Positions 28,728-38,542 of a stretch of DNA of 64,000 bases are shown here, piece by piece (position 1 is the first letter of the stretch; every line of letters begins with the position of its first letter). Origin of the DNA: Burkholderiales bacterium (lineage in GTDB: Bacteria; Pseudomonadota; Gammaproteobacteria; Burkholderiales; Burkholderiaceae_E); assembly GCA_005798775.1 (NCBI GenBank), contig SYIM01000036.1:16378-80377 (forward strand). The letters run 5' to 3'. Position numbers and translations under genes: made by a program. The notes under the pieces were generated by a model. That model saw only the letters and a list, made by a program, of their open reading frames with translations, was not told the origin of the DNA and searched no databases.

Positions 28728-29738
28728 CTACCCCGCCCGCAAGGCGGGCAGCACATGCTCGCCGAACAGCTCCACCGTGCGCACCGGATCACTCGCCAGA
28801 CTCACGGTGAACATCAGGCGCGTCGCCCCCGCTGCCTTGGCCGCCAGCGCCTGGCGCAGGCAATCGTCTGGGGTACCCCAGATCGATAGCCGTCCCGCGA
28901 GGTAGTCGAACAGCCCCAGTTCATCGACCGTCCGCGCATCCGCCTCGCCGGGCCGGGTGCTGTAGCGCCGACGGAGCTCGCGCAGCGGCTCGATCTTGTC
29001 TGGCGGCACGCCTCGCGCCTCAAGGTCTTCCGTGCCGATGACATAGCCACTCACAAACGCGAGGATCGCGCCGATTTTCCGGCGCGCCACGTTCCGATCC
29101 TCGTGGCAGTCCAGACAACCGATCTGCCAGATCTCGACGCTTGCCGCCTGACGCCCCGCCTCCGCTGCACCACGCGCGATATGCGCGGCGGACGCCGACA
29201 GACTGCCCCGGTCGAGCCCGTAATTGACAAAGACGCCATCCGCGCAGCGCCCGGCCACCACCAGCGAACGGGGAAGCGACGCGGCCTGGAACACGGGCGT
29301 GGGACGCTTCACCCACGGAAGCTGTGCCGTACCGCCCCGGTATTCAGCCTTCTCACCCGCCAGCAGCGTCTTGATGTAGGCGATGCCCTCGCTCGTTTCA
29401 GCGACTGGCGTGCCCTTGACCCCCAGATTGCGGGTACCGGAGTTACCCGCGCCAATACCGAGAATGGCGCGTCCTCCTGCGATCAGGTCGACCAAGGCGA
29501 TGGCCGCCGCAGAGACCGCCGCATGGCGGGTTGCAAGGTTGGTGACACAGATTGACACCTTGGGCCGACGCGTGTGCTCGGCCACCAGCGCAGCCGTGAC
29601 CCAGGGATCCATCGCATTACCGGGGGTGTCAGCCACACCGATCATGTCGTAGCCATAGCGCTCGGCAGCCGCTGCCATGTTCAGGGTGAGCTCGACGCTG
29701 AACGGCCAGTAAAAGAAACCGACTTCCATGCTGATCAC
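28728..29738 (-). CDS. Luciferase-like (LLM class) flavin/F420-dependent oxidoreductase
   Basis: TIM-barrel LLM pattern: YGYDMIGVADTPGN, VTNLATRH, AILGIGAG. The start is GTG 29738 or ATG 29729. Confidence 0.75.
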   Translation of the reverse strand: MISMEVGFFYWPFSVELTLNMAAAAERYGYDMIGVADTPGNAMDPWVTAALVAEHTRRPKVSICVTNLATRHAAVSAAAIALVDLIAGGRAILGIGAGNSGTRNLGVKGTPVAETSEGIAYIKTLLAGEKAEYRGGTAQLPWVKRPTPVFQAASLPRSLVVAGRCADGVFVNYGLDRGSLSASAAHIARGAAEAGRQAASVEIWQIGCLDCHEDRNVARRKIGAILAFVSGYVIGTEDLEARGVPPDKIEPLRELRRRYSTRPGEADARTVDELGLFDYLAGRLSIWGTPDDCLRQALAAKAAGATRLMFTVSLASDPVRTVELFGEHVLPALRAG

Positions 29739-30696
29739 CGAGATTGAGTTTAGCCTCGCGAATCAGCCGACCCCACTTTTCGTGCTCGGCGCGAATGAAC
29801 TCATCAAGCTGGGCGGGCGTGCTCGCCGTAACGACCATGGTCTGATCCGAGAGTTTGCTATTCACCGCTGGATCGCGCGCTGCTTTGACGACTTCGGTAT
29901 TGAGCCGGGCAATCACGGTAGCGGGTGTTCCCGCAGGCACCACGACCCCCACCCAGGCGCCCGAGTCGAACTACGGAAACCCTTCCTCGGCGGTCGTGGG
30001 CACATTGGGCAAGGCAGCTGATCGTTGCGCGCTGGTGAGCGTGAGCCCCTTTAACTTGCCACTGCGAATATGTTGCGTCACCACACCCGCCGCCAGAAAG
30101 GCAAATGGAATTTGCCCGCCCAACAGATCCGTCACCGCGGGGCCGCCGCCCTTGTAGGGCACATGCACCAGCTCGATGCCGCTCAGAAGCTTGAGTTGCT
30201 CGGCGGCCAGATGCCCTGAGCTTCCTGCGCCCACCGACGCGTAGGAATACTTGCCGGGGTTCGCCTTGGCAAGCGCGACCAATTCCCTGAGATTAGACAC
30301 GGGCACGTTCGCCGCCGCAGCGATCGCAAGCGGAATCTTCACCACTAGCGACACTGGTTCGAAGTCTTTCAGGGTGTCGAACGAAAGGTTCTTGTAGATG
30401 TGGGGGTTGACCGCGTGCGTATCGAAGGCAAAAAGAATGGTGTAACCATCGCGCGGGAACTTGGCTGCCAGCGCAGTGCCGATCGATCCACTGGCACCAG
30501 CACGGTTATCAACCACCACCTGCTGGCCCATGCTCTCGCTCATTTTTGAGGCAACCTGCCGGGCGACGGTATCGACCACCCCGCCAGGCGGGACCGGCAC
30601 GATGGCGCGAAGCGGCTTGGAAGGGTAGTCCTGCGCAACCGCGGCGGATGCTGCGATGGCGAGCGAGACGAACAACGCTTGAGACAGTCGACTCAT
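29629..30696 (-). pseudogene. Bug/TctC family receptor interrupted by an in-frame TAG
   Basis: The N-terminal 241 codons (signal peptide, YPSKPLRAIVPVPPGGVVDTVARQVA) end at the TAG at 29971-29973. The same frame continues FDSGAWVGVVVPAGTP...EHEKWGRLIREAKLNL, the normal Bug C-terminus. It then runs ~40 codons further, into the LLM gene. Confidence 0.7.
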
Positions 30697-30846
30697 ATGC
30701 GGCCTCTTTTAAAGATTTTTTATGCTACCGGGTCCCCCTCCGGCTTGGGTGTTTCCGTTGTGTTATTCAACACGCCCGCGGACCGGAGCCGATCCGCGCT
30801 CGCCGCGATAGACTGCTCGCCTCATTTGACGCAACGGGGCGCGGCC

Positions 30847-32265
30847 ATGTCCGGACTGACCTATTTCGACAAAGTGTGGGCAGATCATACGATCCGGACA
30901 CTTGAGGGGTCCACCGACCTGCTGCAGATCGATCGCCTGATTCTTCACGAGCTGGGCGGCAGCCAGGTGCTGCATGCCATGGCGCGCGCCGGCAGGAAGC
31001 CCGACAGCCGGGCCCAGGTCTTTACGATCATCGAGCACCTGATCGCCACCCAGCCGGGTCGCGGACCGACCGACTCACCGTCCCCGAGTGGCTTTTCCAT
31101 GATCAGCACCACGCGCGCCGAAGCACAGCGCTGGCAGCTCAATTTCATCGACTATGACGACCCGCGACAGGGGATCGCCCATGTAGCCGCCCCCGAACTG
31201 GGGATCGCACTACCCGGCAGCACATTGGTGTGCTGCGACAGCCATACCTGTACGGTGGGAGGCATTGGCGCGGTCGCCTGGGGGATCGGCGTGAGCGAGG
31301 CCGAGCATGTGCTTGCCACCCAGACACTGACCCAGACCCGCCCCGCGACGATGCGGGTTTTATTCAACGGAAAACTCGGTGAAGGCGTGTACGCGAAGGA
31401 TATGATCCTCGCGCTGATCGCCCGGCTCGGCGCTGCCGCAGGAATCGGCTTCGCCGTCGAATTCGCAGGCGATGCCGTGGCGTCGCTTCCGGTTGAAGCA
31501 CGGCTCACGCTTTGCAACATGTCGATTGAGTTCCAGGCGAAATACGGTTTTGTCGCCCCAGATGATGTCACCTTCGAATACCTGGCTGGTCGCGCGTGGT
31601 CACCCAAAGGACGGGCCTGGGATGAAGCCGTCGCCTATTGGCGGCGCCTGCGGACCGACGACGGGGCCCGCTTCGGTCGTGAGGTGTCGATCGACTGCGC
31701 ATCGATCGCGCCGCAACTGAGTTGGGGCACCAGCCCGCAGCACTCAATCGATATCACCGCAGCAGTGCCTGACCCAGCCGAGGCCGCCGACGCCGAGGCG
31801 CGCGATCTCGCCGCCCGTGCGCTTGCCTACATGCAGCTTTCGCCCGGTGCGCCGCTCATCGGCACGCCCATCGATGCGGTCTATATCGGCTCTTGCACCA
31901 ACGCGCGGCTATCAGATCTGCGCGAGGCCGCTCGCATCCTGCGCGGCCGTCGCGTCAAGCCCGGCGTACAAGCCGTCTGCGTACCCGGCTCCACCCCCGT
32001 TCGGCAGGCCGCCGAGGCTGAAGGTATCGACCGCGTATTTCGCGAGGCCGGGTTTGAGTGGCATGAGGCGGGCTGCGGCTACTGCGGGCATCTTGGCGAT
32101 AATCGCTTCGCCGATCAACGCGTGGTGAGCACCACCAATCGCAACTTCGAAGGACGTCAGGGGCCACGCACCCGAACGCATCTTGCAAGCCCAGCCACGG
32201 TGGCCGCCTCGGCGGTAAGCGGCGCAATCGCCGATCCGAGGCCGCTCCTTGCCAGTCACCGCTGA
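30847..32265 (+). CDS. Aconitase-family hydro-lyase large subunit (LeuC-like)
   Basis: YFDKVWADH, CCDSHTCTVGG, IGSCTNARLSDL and GCGYCG Fe-S ligand motifs. In-frame ATG at 30847. Confidence 0.85.
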   Translation: MSGLTYFDKVWADHTIRTLEGSTDLLQIDRLILHELGGSQVLHAMARAGRKPDSRAQVFTIIEHLIATQPGRGPTDSPSPSGFSMISTTRAEAQRWQLNFIDYDDPRQGIAHVAAPELGIALPGSTLVCCDSHTCTVGGIGAVAWGIGVSEAEHVLATQTLTQTRPATMRVLFNGKLGEGVYAKDMILALIARLGAAAGIGFAVEFAGDAVASLPVEARLTLCNMSIEFQAKYGFVAPDDVTFEYLAGRAWSPKGRAWDEAVAYWRRLRTDDGARFGREVSIDCASIAPQLSWGTSPQHSIDITAAVPDPAEAADAEARDLAARALAYMQLSPGAPLIGTPIDAVYIGSCTNARLSDLREAARILRGRRVKPGVQAVCVPGSTPVRQAAEAEGIDRVFREAGFEWHEAGCGYCGHLGDNRFADQRVVSTTNRNFEGRQGPRTRTHLASPATVAASAVSGAIADPRPLLASHR

Positions 32266-32282
32266 CCACCGGAGACCACACC

Positions 32283-32909
32283 ATGGAATCGTTTCGAAGT
32301 ATCACGGGGATTGCAGCTGCGATGCTGGTCATCAACATCGATACCGACCAGATTATCCCGGCCCGCCACATGGGTGGGCCTGATGCCACCGGCTACGGCA
32401 AGATGTTGTTTGCCAATCAGCGGTTCCTGGGTGATGACCGCACACCCGATCCTGCGTTCATCCTGAACCGCGCACCCTATGACCAGGCCCTGATTCTCCT
32501 CGCCGATCGCAACTTCGGTTGTGGATCGTCACGCGAGCGCGCGCCCAAAGCACTGCGCGAATTCGGCTTTCGCGCTCTGATCGCGCCGAGCTTCGGCGGC
32601 ATCGTCTTCAACAACTGCTTCCGTAACGGCATCCTGCCCGTCGAACTGCCGATCGAAGCGGTGCGGCAGATCGCCGACGAAGTGGCACACAGTGATGGGC
32701 AGGCGCAGGTCACGGTCGACCTCGAGGCGGGGGAAGTTCGCAGCGCATCGGGTCACCACTTCCGATTTCAAACGCCGCCTGCGCTGCGCACCATGCTCCT
32801 CAACGGTCTGGATGAAATCGATATGACCTTGTCAGCCAGAGCCGAGATCGATACGTTTCGCAGCCACGACCGAGCACGCAGGCCCTGGGCGTATCTGGAC
32901 GGCTGCTGA
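32283..32909 (+). CDS. Aconitase-family hydro-lyase small subunit (LeuD-like)
   Basis: INIDTDQIIPARH and NFGCGSSRERAPKAL swivel-domain motifs. Confidence 0.85.
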   Translation: MESFRSITGIAAAMLVINIDTDQIIPARHMGGPDATGYGKMLFANQRFLGDDRTPDPAFILNRAPYDQALILLADRNFGCGSSRERAPKALREFGFRALIAPSFGGIVFNNCFRNGILPVELPIEAVRQIADEVAHSDGQAQVTVDLEAGEVRSASGHHFRFQTPPALRTMLLNGLDEIDMTLSARAEIDTFRSHDRARRPWAYLDGC

Positions 32910-32950
32910 GTGGTCCGCATACCCCCACCCTCCTGCCCAAGGGTTACGCT

Positions 32951-33919
32951 GTGAATCTTCGTCAACTCGAATACTTCAAGCAGATTGCGGAATCACGCAG
33001 CATCACCCGCGCTGCACATCTCCTGCGAGTCACCCAACCTTCGCTCACGCGACAGATGCAGCAACTCGAGAGCGATCTGGGGGTGCTGCTCTTTTACCGT
33101 TCGGACAAAGGGGTAACGCTCACCCCGGCCGGTCAGGAGCTTCTAGAGCGCGCTGAAGGCGTACTCGCCCAGGTGCGCAAGATCAGCGGTGAGGTGGGTA
33201 AATACGCGACCGAACCCAAAGGGGAGTTCAGCTTCGGCGTGCCGCCATCGCTCTACGATATCGTGACCAGTCGGCTGATGGCCGACTACATCGACCTCTA
33301 TCCCGAAGTCCGGCTGCGAATCACCGAGGGGCTGAGCGGCACACTCCACGAAATGGTCCTTACGGGCAAGCTTGATGCGGCGCTGGTCTCCGATGTGGAA
33401 CCACTTGACCTTCTCCACAGCCGCGTACTCCTTCAAGAGCAACTGTTCCTGGTGGGGTCGAATGGCAGCAATCTGAACATCTCACGTGCAGTCAAGGTAG
33501 AAAGTCTTGGGCGCCGTCCCATGCTGCTTACGTCGCGCCCCAACGCCATGCGCACCATCGTCGACCGGCACCTGGCAGGGCTGGGGCGCACGCTCACCCC
33601 AAAACTCGAAACCAACTCCTCCCGCCTGCTGTGCGACCTGGTCATGCACGGCAAAGGGTTCACCGTCCTGCCATACAGCGCGATTTTTTCACAGCACCGC
33701 GCGGGCCTGTTGAGCGCCGCACCGATCGATGGGCTCACCGTCTGCTGGACGCTGGTTCACGTACGAGAGCGCGGTATCCCGCTTGCAGGCCACCGGCTGC
33801 GAGAGCGACTGGTCGACATCCTGAGCCATCACGCCCGGCAGGGCAGTTGGTTGGGCGCGCAGTTTCTCGACCGACCTGACCCGATCGCGCGGGGGCATAA
33901 GCGCGAGGCATGGATCTGA
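32951..33919 (+). CDS. LysR family transcriptional regulator
   Basis: N-terminal wHTH LRQLEYFKQIAESRSITRAAHLLRVTQPSLTRQMQQLE plus a LysR substrate-binding domain. Confidence 0.9.
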   Translation: MNLRQLEYFKQIAESRSITRAAHLLRVTQPSLTRQMQQLESDLGVLLFYRSDKGVTLTPAGQELLERAEGVLAQVRKISGEVGKYATEPKGEFSFGVPPSLYDIVTSRLMADYIDLYPEVRLRITEGLSGTLHEMVLTGKLDAALVSDVEPLDLLHSRVLLQEQLFLVGSNGSNLNISRAVKVESLGRRPMLLTSRPNAMRTIVDRHLAGLGRTLTPKLETNSSRLLCDLVMHGKGFTVLPYSAIFSQHRAGLLSAAPIDGLTVCWTLVHVRERGIPLAGHRLRERLVDILSHHARQGSWLGAQFLDRPDPIARGHKREAWI

Positions 33920-33964
33920 TGCCGCGTTACCATGGCTTTCATCGCCCAAGACCTGCACACTGCC

Positions 33965-33977
33965 GATCACGGTGATC
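33965..33977. promoter_or_regulatory. Perfect inverted repeat GATCAC-G-GTGATC between lysR-type gene and hyuA-like gene; candidate operator
   Basis: Read directly at 33965-33977, 64 nt upstream of the hyuA-like ATG. There is no functional evidence. Confidence 0.2.
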
Positions 33978-34040
33978 CCGCACACGGCTCCCCCCGATCC
34001 GTGAGGCGAGCGGACTCACCGCTTTCCGTTGGGAGTCAGG

Positions 34041-36164
34041 ATGGAGCACTACCAGGTCGGGGTCGACATCGGTGGAACCTTCACCGATTGCGTCGTCCTC
34101 AGTAGCAGCGGCGATCTTTTAGCCGCCAAATCCCCGTCAACGCCGCCTCACTTTGCCACGGGCATGCTCAATGCCATGGGTCTGGTTGCCGAGCGGCTTG
34201 AATTGGACTTCGAAAGCTTCTGCAGCCGCATCAGCCTGCTCACGCACGGCACCACCGTGGGCACCAACACGCTCATCCAACGGCGTGGCTCCAAGGTGGG
34301 TCTGATCACCACCAAGGGCCACGAAGACATCATCCACATCATGCGGGGATCACGCGGTATTGATTCTCGCAACCTCAATCCGCTGGTGCATTTCCCCGAG
34401 AGCCAGAAGCCAGTCCCGATCGTCCCCAAGCGCTATATCCGGGGCGTCTCCGAGCGGGTGGACTGCCACGGTGAGGTGGTCGTAAACCTGAATGAGGCCG
34501 AGGTGATCCGCGCCGTCGACGAACTGCTCGCCCTGGGCGTCGAGGCCATTGCTGTGGGGCTCCTCTGGTCCTTCAAATACCCAGCGCATGAACAGCGGAT
34601 CGCACAGATCATCCGGGAACGTGCGCCCGGGATGTTCGTAAGCATCTCGGTGGAGCTCGCACCCAAATGGGGGGAATACGAGCGCATGACGGCAACGGTG
34701 CTGAACGCCTATATCGGACCGGTCACCTCAAACTATCTCAAGCAGCTTGACGGCCAGCTGCGCGCGGCGGGCTATCGGAGACCCCTGCAGATCACCTCCT
34801 GCGGCGGCGGGTCCATCTCAGTAGAGCGCGCGATCCAGGCACCGCTCCTTACGCTTGACTCCGGTCCCGTCTCGGGCGTGACAGCCTCGCTCTTCATGGG
34901 CAAGCTCATCAAGTGCGACAACATCATCACCACCGACATGGGCGGGACATCGTTTGACGTCGGCATCATTCATCGGGGCAAGCCCGCATACAGCTCAATC
35001 GCCAACGTCGCACAGTACGAATACTTCATTCCCAAAGTTGATATCCAGGCCATCGGGTCGGGCGGCGGCTCGCTTGCGCGGGTCGACCCGCTCACCCAGA
35101 CACTTCGGGTCGGTCCGGAATCAGCCGGCGCCGACCCCGGCCCTGCCTGCTACGGCAAGGGCAACACCACGCCGACAGTGACCGATGCTGATGTGGTGCT
35201 TGGCTATATCGATCCGGATAATTTCCTGGGCGGCCGAATCCGCCTGGATCGCGCCAAGTCGGAAGAGGCGATCGCCGGTGTTGCGACGAAAATCGGACTC
35301 GGTATGTTTGAGACGGCCGCAGGCATCGCCAAGATCGCCGAGTTCAAGATGGCGGATATCATTCGAAAGACCACGGTTGAGAAGGGGTTTGATCCGCGTG
35401 ACTTCACCGTATTCGCATTTGGCGGTGCAGGGCCTGTCCACGCCGGTGTGTTCTCGCGGGAACTCGGGGTGCAGCGGGTACTGATTCCGCTCAATCGCAT
35501 TGCTTCCACGTGGTGTGCGTTCGGCGCCGCCACAGCCGACCTGCTTCATGTTCATGAGCAGGTTGATATCCAGAGCTCGCCCTTCAGGCTGGACCGGGTC
35601 AACCGGGCTCTTGCTGATCTCGCCAAGCATGCGCGAGAGCAGATGAAGAAGGATGGCGTGCCTGCATTCCGGCTTCGTCTCAGTTTTTCGATCGACATGC
35701 GTCATCGCGGCCAGATCAACGAGGTTGAGGTTGACCTCACCGCTCTGACCGAGGGCGGGCGTCCGAAGCTGAGCGCACAGGCTCTCAACGATCTTCACGG
35801 GACGTTCTACGAGCGCTATGAAGCCATTTACGGCAAGGGCTCGTCCTACGCGGACGCGCGGCTGGAAATGGTCACCTTCCGCGTACGAGCCCAAAGCGCA
35901 ACGCAGAGCCTTACCCTCAAGAGGCAGGCGAAATCGCGTCAGGCAAGCGCCGAGAGCGCACGGACTGGCTACCGCAAGGTGTTCTGGAGCGACCTGGGTG
36001 AACAGAAACGGACCCCCATTTATGACGGTGCTCAGCTGAGGAACGGCATGGAACTCAAGGGGCCTGCCGTGATCGAAACGACCGACACCAATATCGTGCT
36101 CCAGCCCAAACAACGCCTGCGCGTCGATGCGCTGGGCAATTTCGAAATTCTTTTCGGAGGCTAA
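34041..36164 (+). CDS. Hydantoinase A/oxoprolinase family protein (acetone-carboxylase beta-subunit-like, ATP-binding)
   Basis: VGVDIGGTFTDCV and TTDMGGTSFDVG ASKHA-fold motifs. 707 aa from ATG 34041. Confidence 0.85.
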   Translation: MEHYQVGVDIGGTFTDCVVLSSSGDLLAAKSPSTPPHFATGMLNAMGLVAERLELDFESFCSRISLLTHGTTVGTNTLIQRRGSKVGLITTKGHEDIIHIMRGSRGIDSRNLNPLVHFPESQKPVPIVPKRYIRGVSERVDCHGEVVVNLNEAEVIRAVDELLALGVEAIAVGLLWSFKYPAHEQRIAQIIRERAPGMFVSISVELAPKWGEYERMTATVLNAYIGPVTSNYLKQLDGQLRAAGYRRPLQITSCGGGSISVERAIQAPLLTLDSGPVSGVTASLFMGKLIKCDNIITTDMGGTSFDVGIIHRGKPAYSSIANVAQYEYFIPKVDIQAIGSGGGSLARVDPLTQTLRVGPESAGADPGPACYGKGNTTPTVTDADVVLGYIDPDNFLGGRIRLDRAKSEEAIAGVATKIGLGMFETAAGIAKIAEFKMADIIRKTTVEKGFDPRDFTVFAFGGAGPVHAGVFSRELGVQRVLIPLNRIASTWCAFGAATADLLHVHEQVDIQSSPFRLDRVNRALADLAKHAREQMKKDGVPAFRLRLSFSIDMRHRGQINEVEVDLTALTEGGRPKLSAQALNDLHGTFYERYEAIYGKGSSYADARLEMVTFRVRAQSATQSLTLKRQAKSRQASAESARTGYRKVFWSDLGEQKRTPIYDGAQLRNGMELKGPAVIETTDTNIVLQPKQRLRVDALGNFEILFGG

Positions 36165-36167
36165 GCC

Positions 36168-38477
36168 ATGCCGACGACCGCGCACAAGCCCAGACAAAGC
36201 ACGTTTTCCTCCATCAAGGGGGGCTACATCCCGCCCGAGCACCTTCAGATTTCTCCCAAGCTCAAGCTCCACCGAAAGCACGACCGCAATCTCGATCCCG
36301 TCACCTTCGAGGTGATTCGACACAGCCTCTGGAACGTGAACGAGGAACATGGCGCAACCATTCAGCGCCTGTCCGGATCGCCCGTGGCGATGTACGCCCT
36401 CGATCTCAACCCGTCCATCCTCACTGAGGACGGTGAGTTCGTGTTCTTCGGACCGTACATGCAATACATGTCGGGCGTGACCGATACGCAGGTGAAATGG
36501 ATTCTCGAGAATCGCGCCGATAACCCTGGAATTCGCGACGGCGACATGTTTCTCGCCAACGACCCCTGGGTGGGCGCTGCCCATCAGCAGGATGTCATGC
36601 TGATCTGTCCGGTGTTTCATGGCGATGAGCTCTTCTGCTGGGTCACCAACTGCCTCCACCAATACGACATCGGCGGCATCACGCCTTCGAGCTTCTGTCT
36701 GGCTGCCGAAAACGCCTACGAAGAAGGTATTCTGATTCCGCCGATCAAGATCATTGAGAACGGTGTGATCCGCCGCGATATCGAAGAGATGTATCTGCGC
36801 GCATCGCGTAAACCCGAAGCGGTCGCTCTCGACTTTCGCGCACAGCTGGCGGGTAACCTCACGGCGAAAGCACGTATTGAGGCGCTGCTCGAGCGCTACG
36901 GTGCGGGCGTGGTGAAGGCGGTGATGCGGAAAATTCTCGATGATGGCGAACGCGCATTCATCGAAAAGATGGCGCGTCTGCCCGATGGCCGTTGGCAGGA
37001 TCGCACCTATGTTGAGTGCTGCCGGCCCGGCGATCGCAACGCCTACCGGGTCATGCTGTCACTCGAAAAAAAGGGCTCCACGCTCACCTTCCGAAACGAA
37101 GGCACCAGCCCCCAGGACGGCGCTATGAATGCCACCTATTCGGGCTGGCGAGGCTCGATCATGGTTGCCCTCAACCAGCTGCTCTGCTGGGATCAGTATT
37201 TCGCAATCGGCGGCGCGCTACGGCACGTCAAGTTCAACGCCACACCCGGTACGATGAACTGCGCAGAGTTCCCGGCATCGGTTTCTACAGCGCCGGTTCA
37301 GGCGATGGAGATTTCGCTCTATCCCACGTACAACGTGCTCAGCAAAATGATTTTTTCAGATCCGCAGATGCGCAAGGACATCATGTGTATCGGCGGTACC
37401 AGTCAGTGGCCAGCAACCATCTTTCGGGGCACTGACCAGTGGGGTGATCCATTTGGCTATCTGCTGGTTGATCCGATCGGCGGCGCAATTGGTGCGTTCG
37501 CGCACGCAGATGGCATTTCCACCGGAGGGCAGTCGCGCACCCCTATCTGTAAGCTCCCCAATATCGAGCACACCGAGCAGACCTTCCCGCTTCTCTTCCT
37601 CTATCGCAAGGAGGTTACCGATTCGGGCGGTGCGGGTCAGTTCCGGGGCGGTCTGTCAGCCGAGTCGTGTTTCATTCCGCACGGCACGCAGTCGATCACG
37701 CATGACACGCTTTCATCCGGTAATGCCATACCCACCTCCACCGGCATGATGGGCGGCTATCCGGCAACGGTAAATGTCTATAAGTTCCAGCGCAATTCGC
37801 AGATTGAGCAGCTGATCAGCGCGAGCACCATGCCAGGCGATATTGCAGAGGTCGGCGGCACCGAAGAGATACTGGGCCTGCGGCAGCAGAACTTCAAGCA
37901 GGCAAGAAGCGATGTGTACTCGGTGATCTGGACCGGTGGCGGCGGGTTCGGCGACCCCCTTGAGCGCAACGCGGAAAGCGTGCGACAGGATGTCGTGGAG
38001 AACATGGCAGTCACGCCCGAATCGGCGCGTGAAGTCTATGGCGTGGTGATTACCAACGACACTCTCGATGAAGCAGCGACCGAAACGCTGCGTAGCCAAC
38101 GCCGCGCTGCCCGCAAATCATTCCCGCGTGACGAGGCGCTGCCTCTCAGAACATTGCGCGGGAAGCTTCTTCGAGAAGTGACCGCAAATCTCGCTGTGCG
38201 CTCTGATCCGTCTTCCACTGGCCGGGCGCGCAAGCGCTGGTGTTGCCGGGCTTGCGCTAACGACCTCGGGCCGATTGACTCCAACTACAAGCTCGCCTGC
38301 GCCAAACTGGAGTCTCCCGTGGCGGCGTCCAATCCGCATGTGGGCGACCCCAAGCGCTACATCGATCCCGACCCGGTGTTCCGGCAGTTCTTCTGCCCGG
38401 AGTGCGGGCGGCTGATCGAAAACGAGATTGCTCTGGCAGGTGACCCGGTGCTGCAGGATATTCAGATCAACCTGTGA
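36168..38477 (+). CDS. Hydantoinase B/oxoprolinase family protein (acetone-carboxylase alpha-like) with C-terminal gamma-subunit-like Zn-ribbon domain
   Basis: DPVTFEVIRHSLWNVNEEHG and NDPWVGAAHQQD are HyuB motifs. The last ~110 aa carry WCCRAC...NYKL...FRQFFCPECGRLIENE, which parallels the separate gamma subunit of acetone carboxylase as I recall it. Confidence 0.8.
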   Translation: MPTTAHKPRQSTFSSIKGGYIPPEHLQISPKLKLHRKHDRNLDPVTFEVIRHSLWNVNEEHGATIQRLSGSPVAMYALDLNPSILTEDGEFVFFGPYMQYMSGVTDTQVKWILENRADNPGIRDGDMFLANDPWVGAAHQQDVMLICPVFHGDELFCWVTNCLHQYDIGGITPSSFCLAAENAYEEGILIPPIKIIENGVIRRDIEEMYLRASRKPEAVALDFRAQLAGNLTAKARIEALLERYGAGVVKAVMRKILDDGERAFIEKMARLPDGRWQDRTYVECCRPGDRNAYRVMLSLEKKGSTLTFRNEGTSPQDGAMNATYSGWRGSIMVALNQLLCWDQYFAIGGALRHVKFNATPGTMNCAEFPASVSTAPVQAMEISLYPTYNVLSKMIFSDPQMRKDIMCIGGTSQWPATIFRGTDQWGDPFGYLLVDPIGGAIGAFAHADGISTGGQSRTPICKLPNIEHTEQTFPLLFLYRKEVTDSGGAGQFRGGLSAESCFIPHGTQSITHDTLSSGNAIPTSTGMMGGYPATVNVYKFQRNSQIEQLISASTMPGDIAEVGGTEEILGLRQQNFKQARSDVYSVIWTGGGGFGDPLERNAESVRQDVVENMAVTPESAREVYGVVITNDTLDEAATETLRSQRRAARKSFPRDEALPLRTLRGKLLREVTANLAVRSDPSSTGRARKRWCCRACANDLGPIDSNYKLACAKLESPVAASNPHVGDPKRYIDPDPVFRQFFCPECGRLIENEIALAGDPVLQDIQINL

Positions 38478-38500
38478 TCGGCAGTCGGCCCGGTTGTCAG

Positions 38501-38532
38501 GCTGTGCGAACCCCGAATCGGGTGCGTACAGC
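38501..38532. terminator. Imperfect 13-bp stem / 6-nt loop hairpin between convergent hyuB-like and dctM-like genes
   Basis: GCTGTGCGAACCC-cgaatc-GGGTGCGTACAGC: 11 Watson-Crick pairs, 1 G-U and 1 mismatch. No U-tract on either strand. Confidence 0.3.
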
Positions 38533-38542
38533 CCACCGCTAT

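Noticed and set aside
29971-29973. In-frame TAG in the Bug gene (and TAA at 63301-63303) as programmed recoding such as pyrrolysine or stop-codon reassignment
   Set aside because: Dozens of genes in the window terminate normally. No pyl genes or PYLIS-like context are evident. The two interrupted genes use different stop codons. A simple nonsense mutation or sequence error is far more likely.
35121-36662. 513-codon ORF on the minus strand opposite the hyuA-like/hyuB-like genes
   Set aside because: It lies entirely antisense to two genes with unmistakable family motifs. Its translation is Arg/Gly/Ala/His-rich with no recognisable domain. Long shadow ORFs are expected in GC-rich DNA.
34041-38477. 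Calling the pair a bona fide acetone carboxylase (acxAB)
   Set aside because: Family membership is clear, but substrate specificity cannot be read from the sequence. The gamma module is fused rather than separate, and the neighbours (TRAP importer, class II aldolase) do not match the known acx context.
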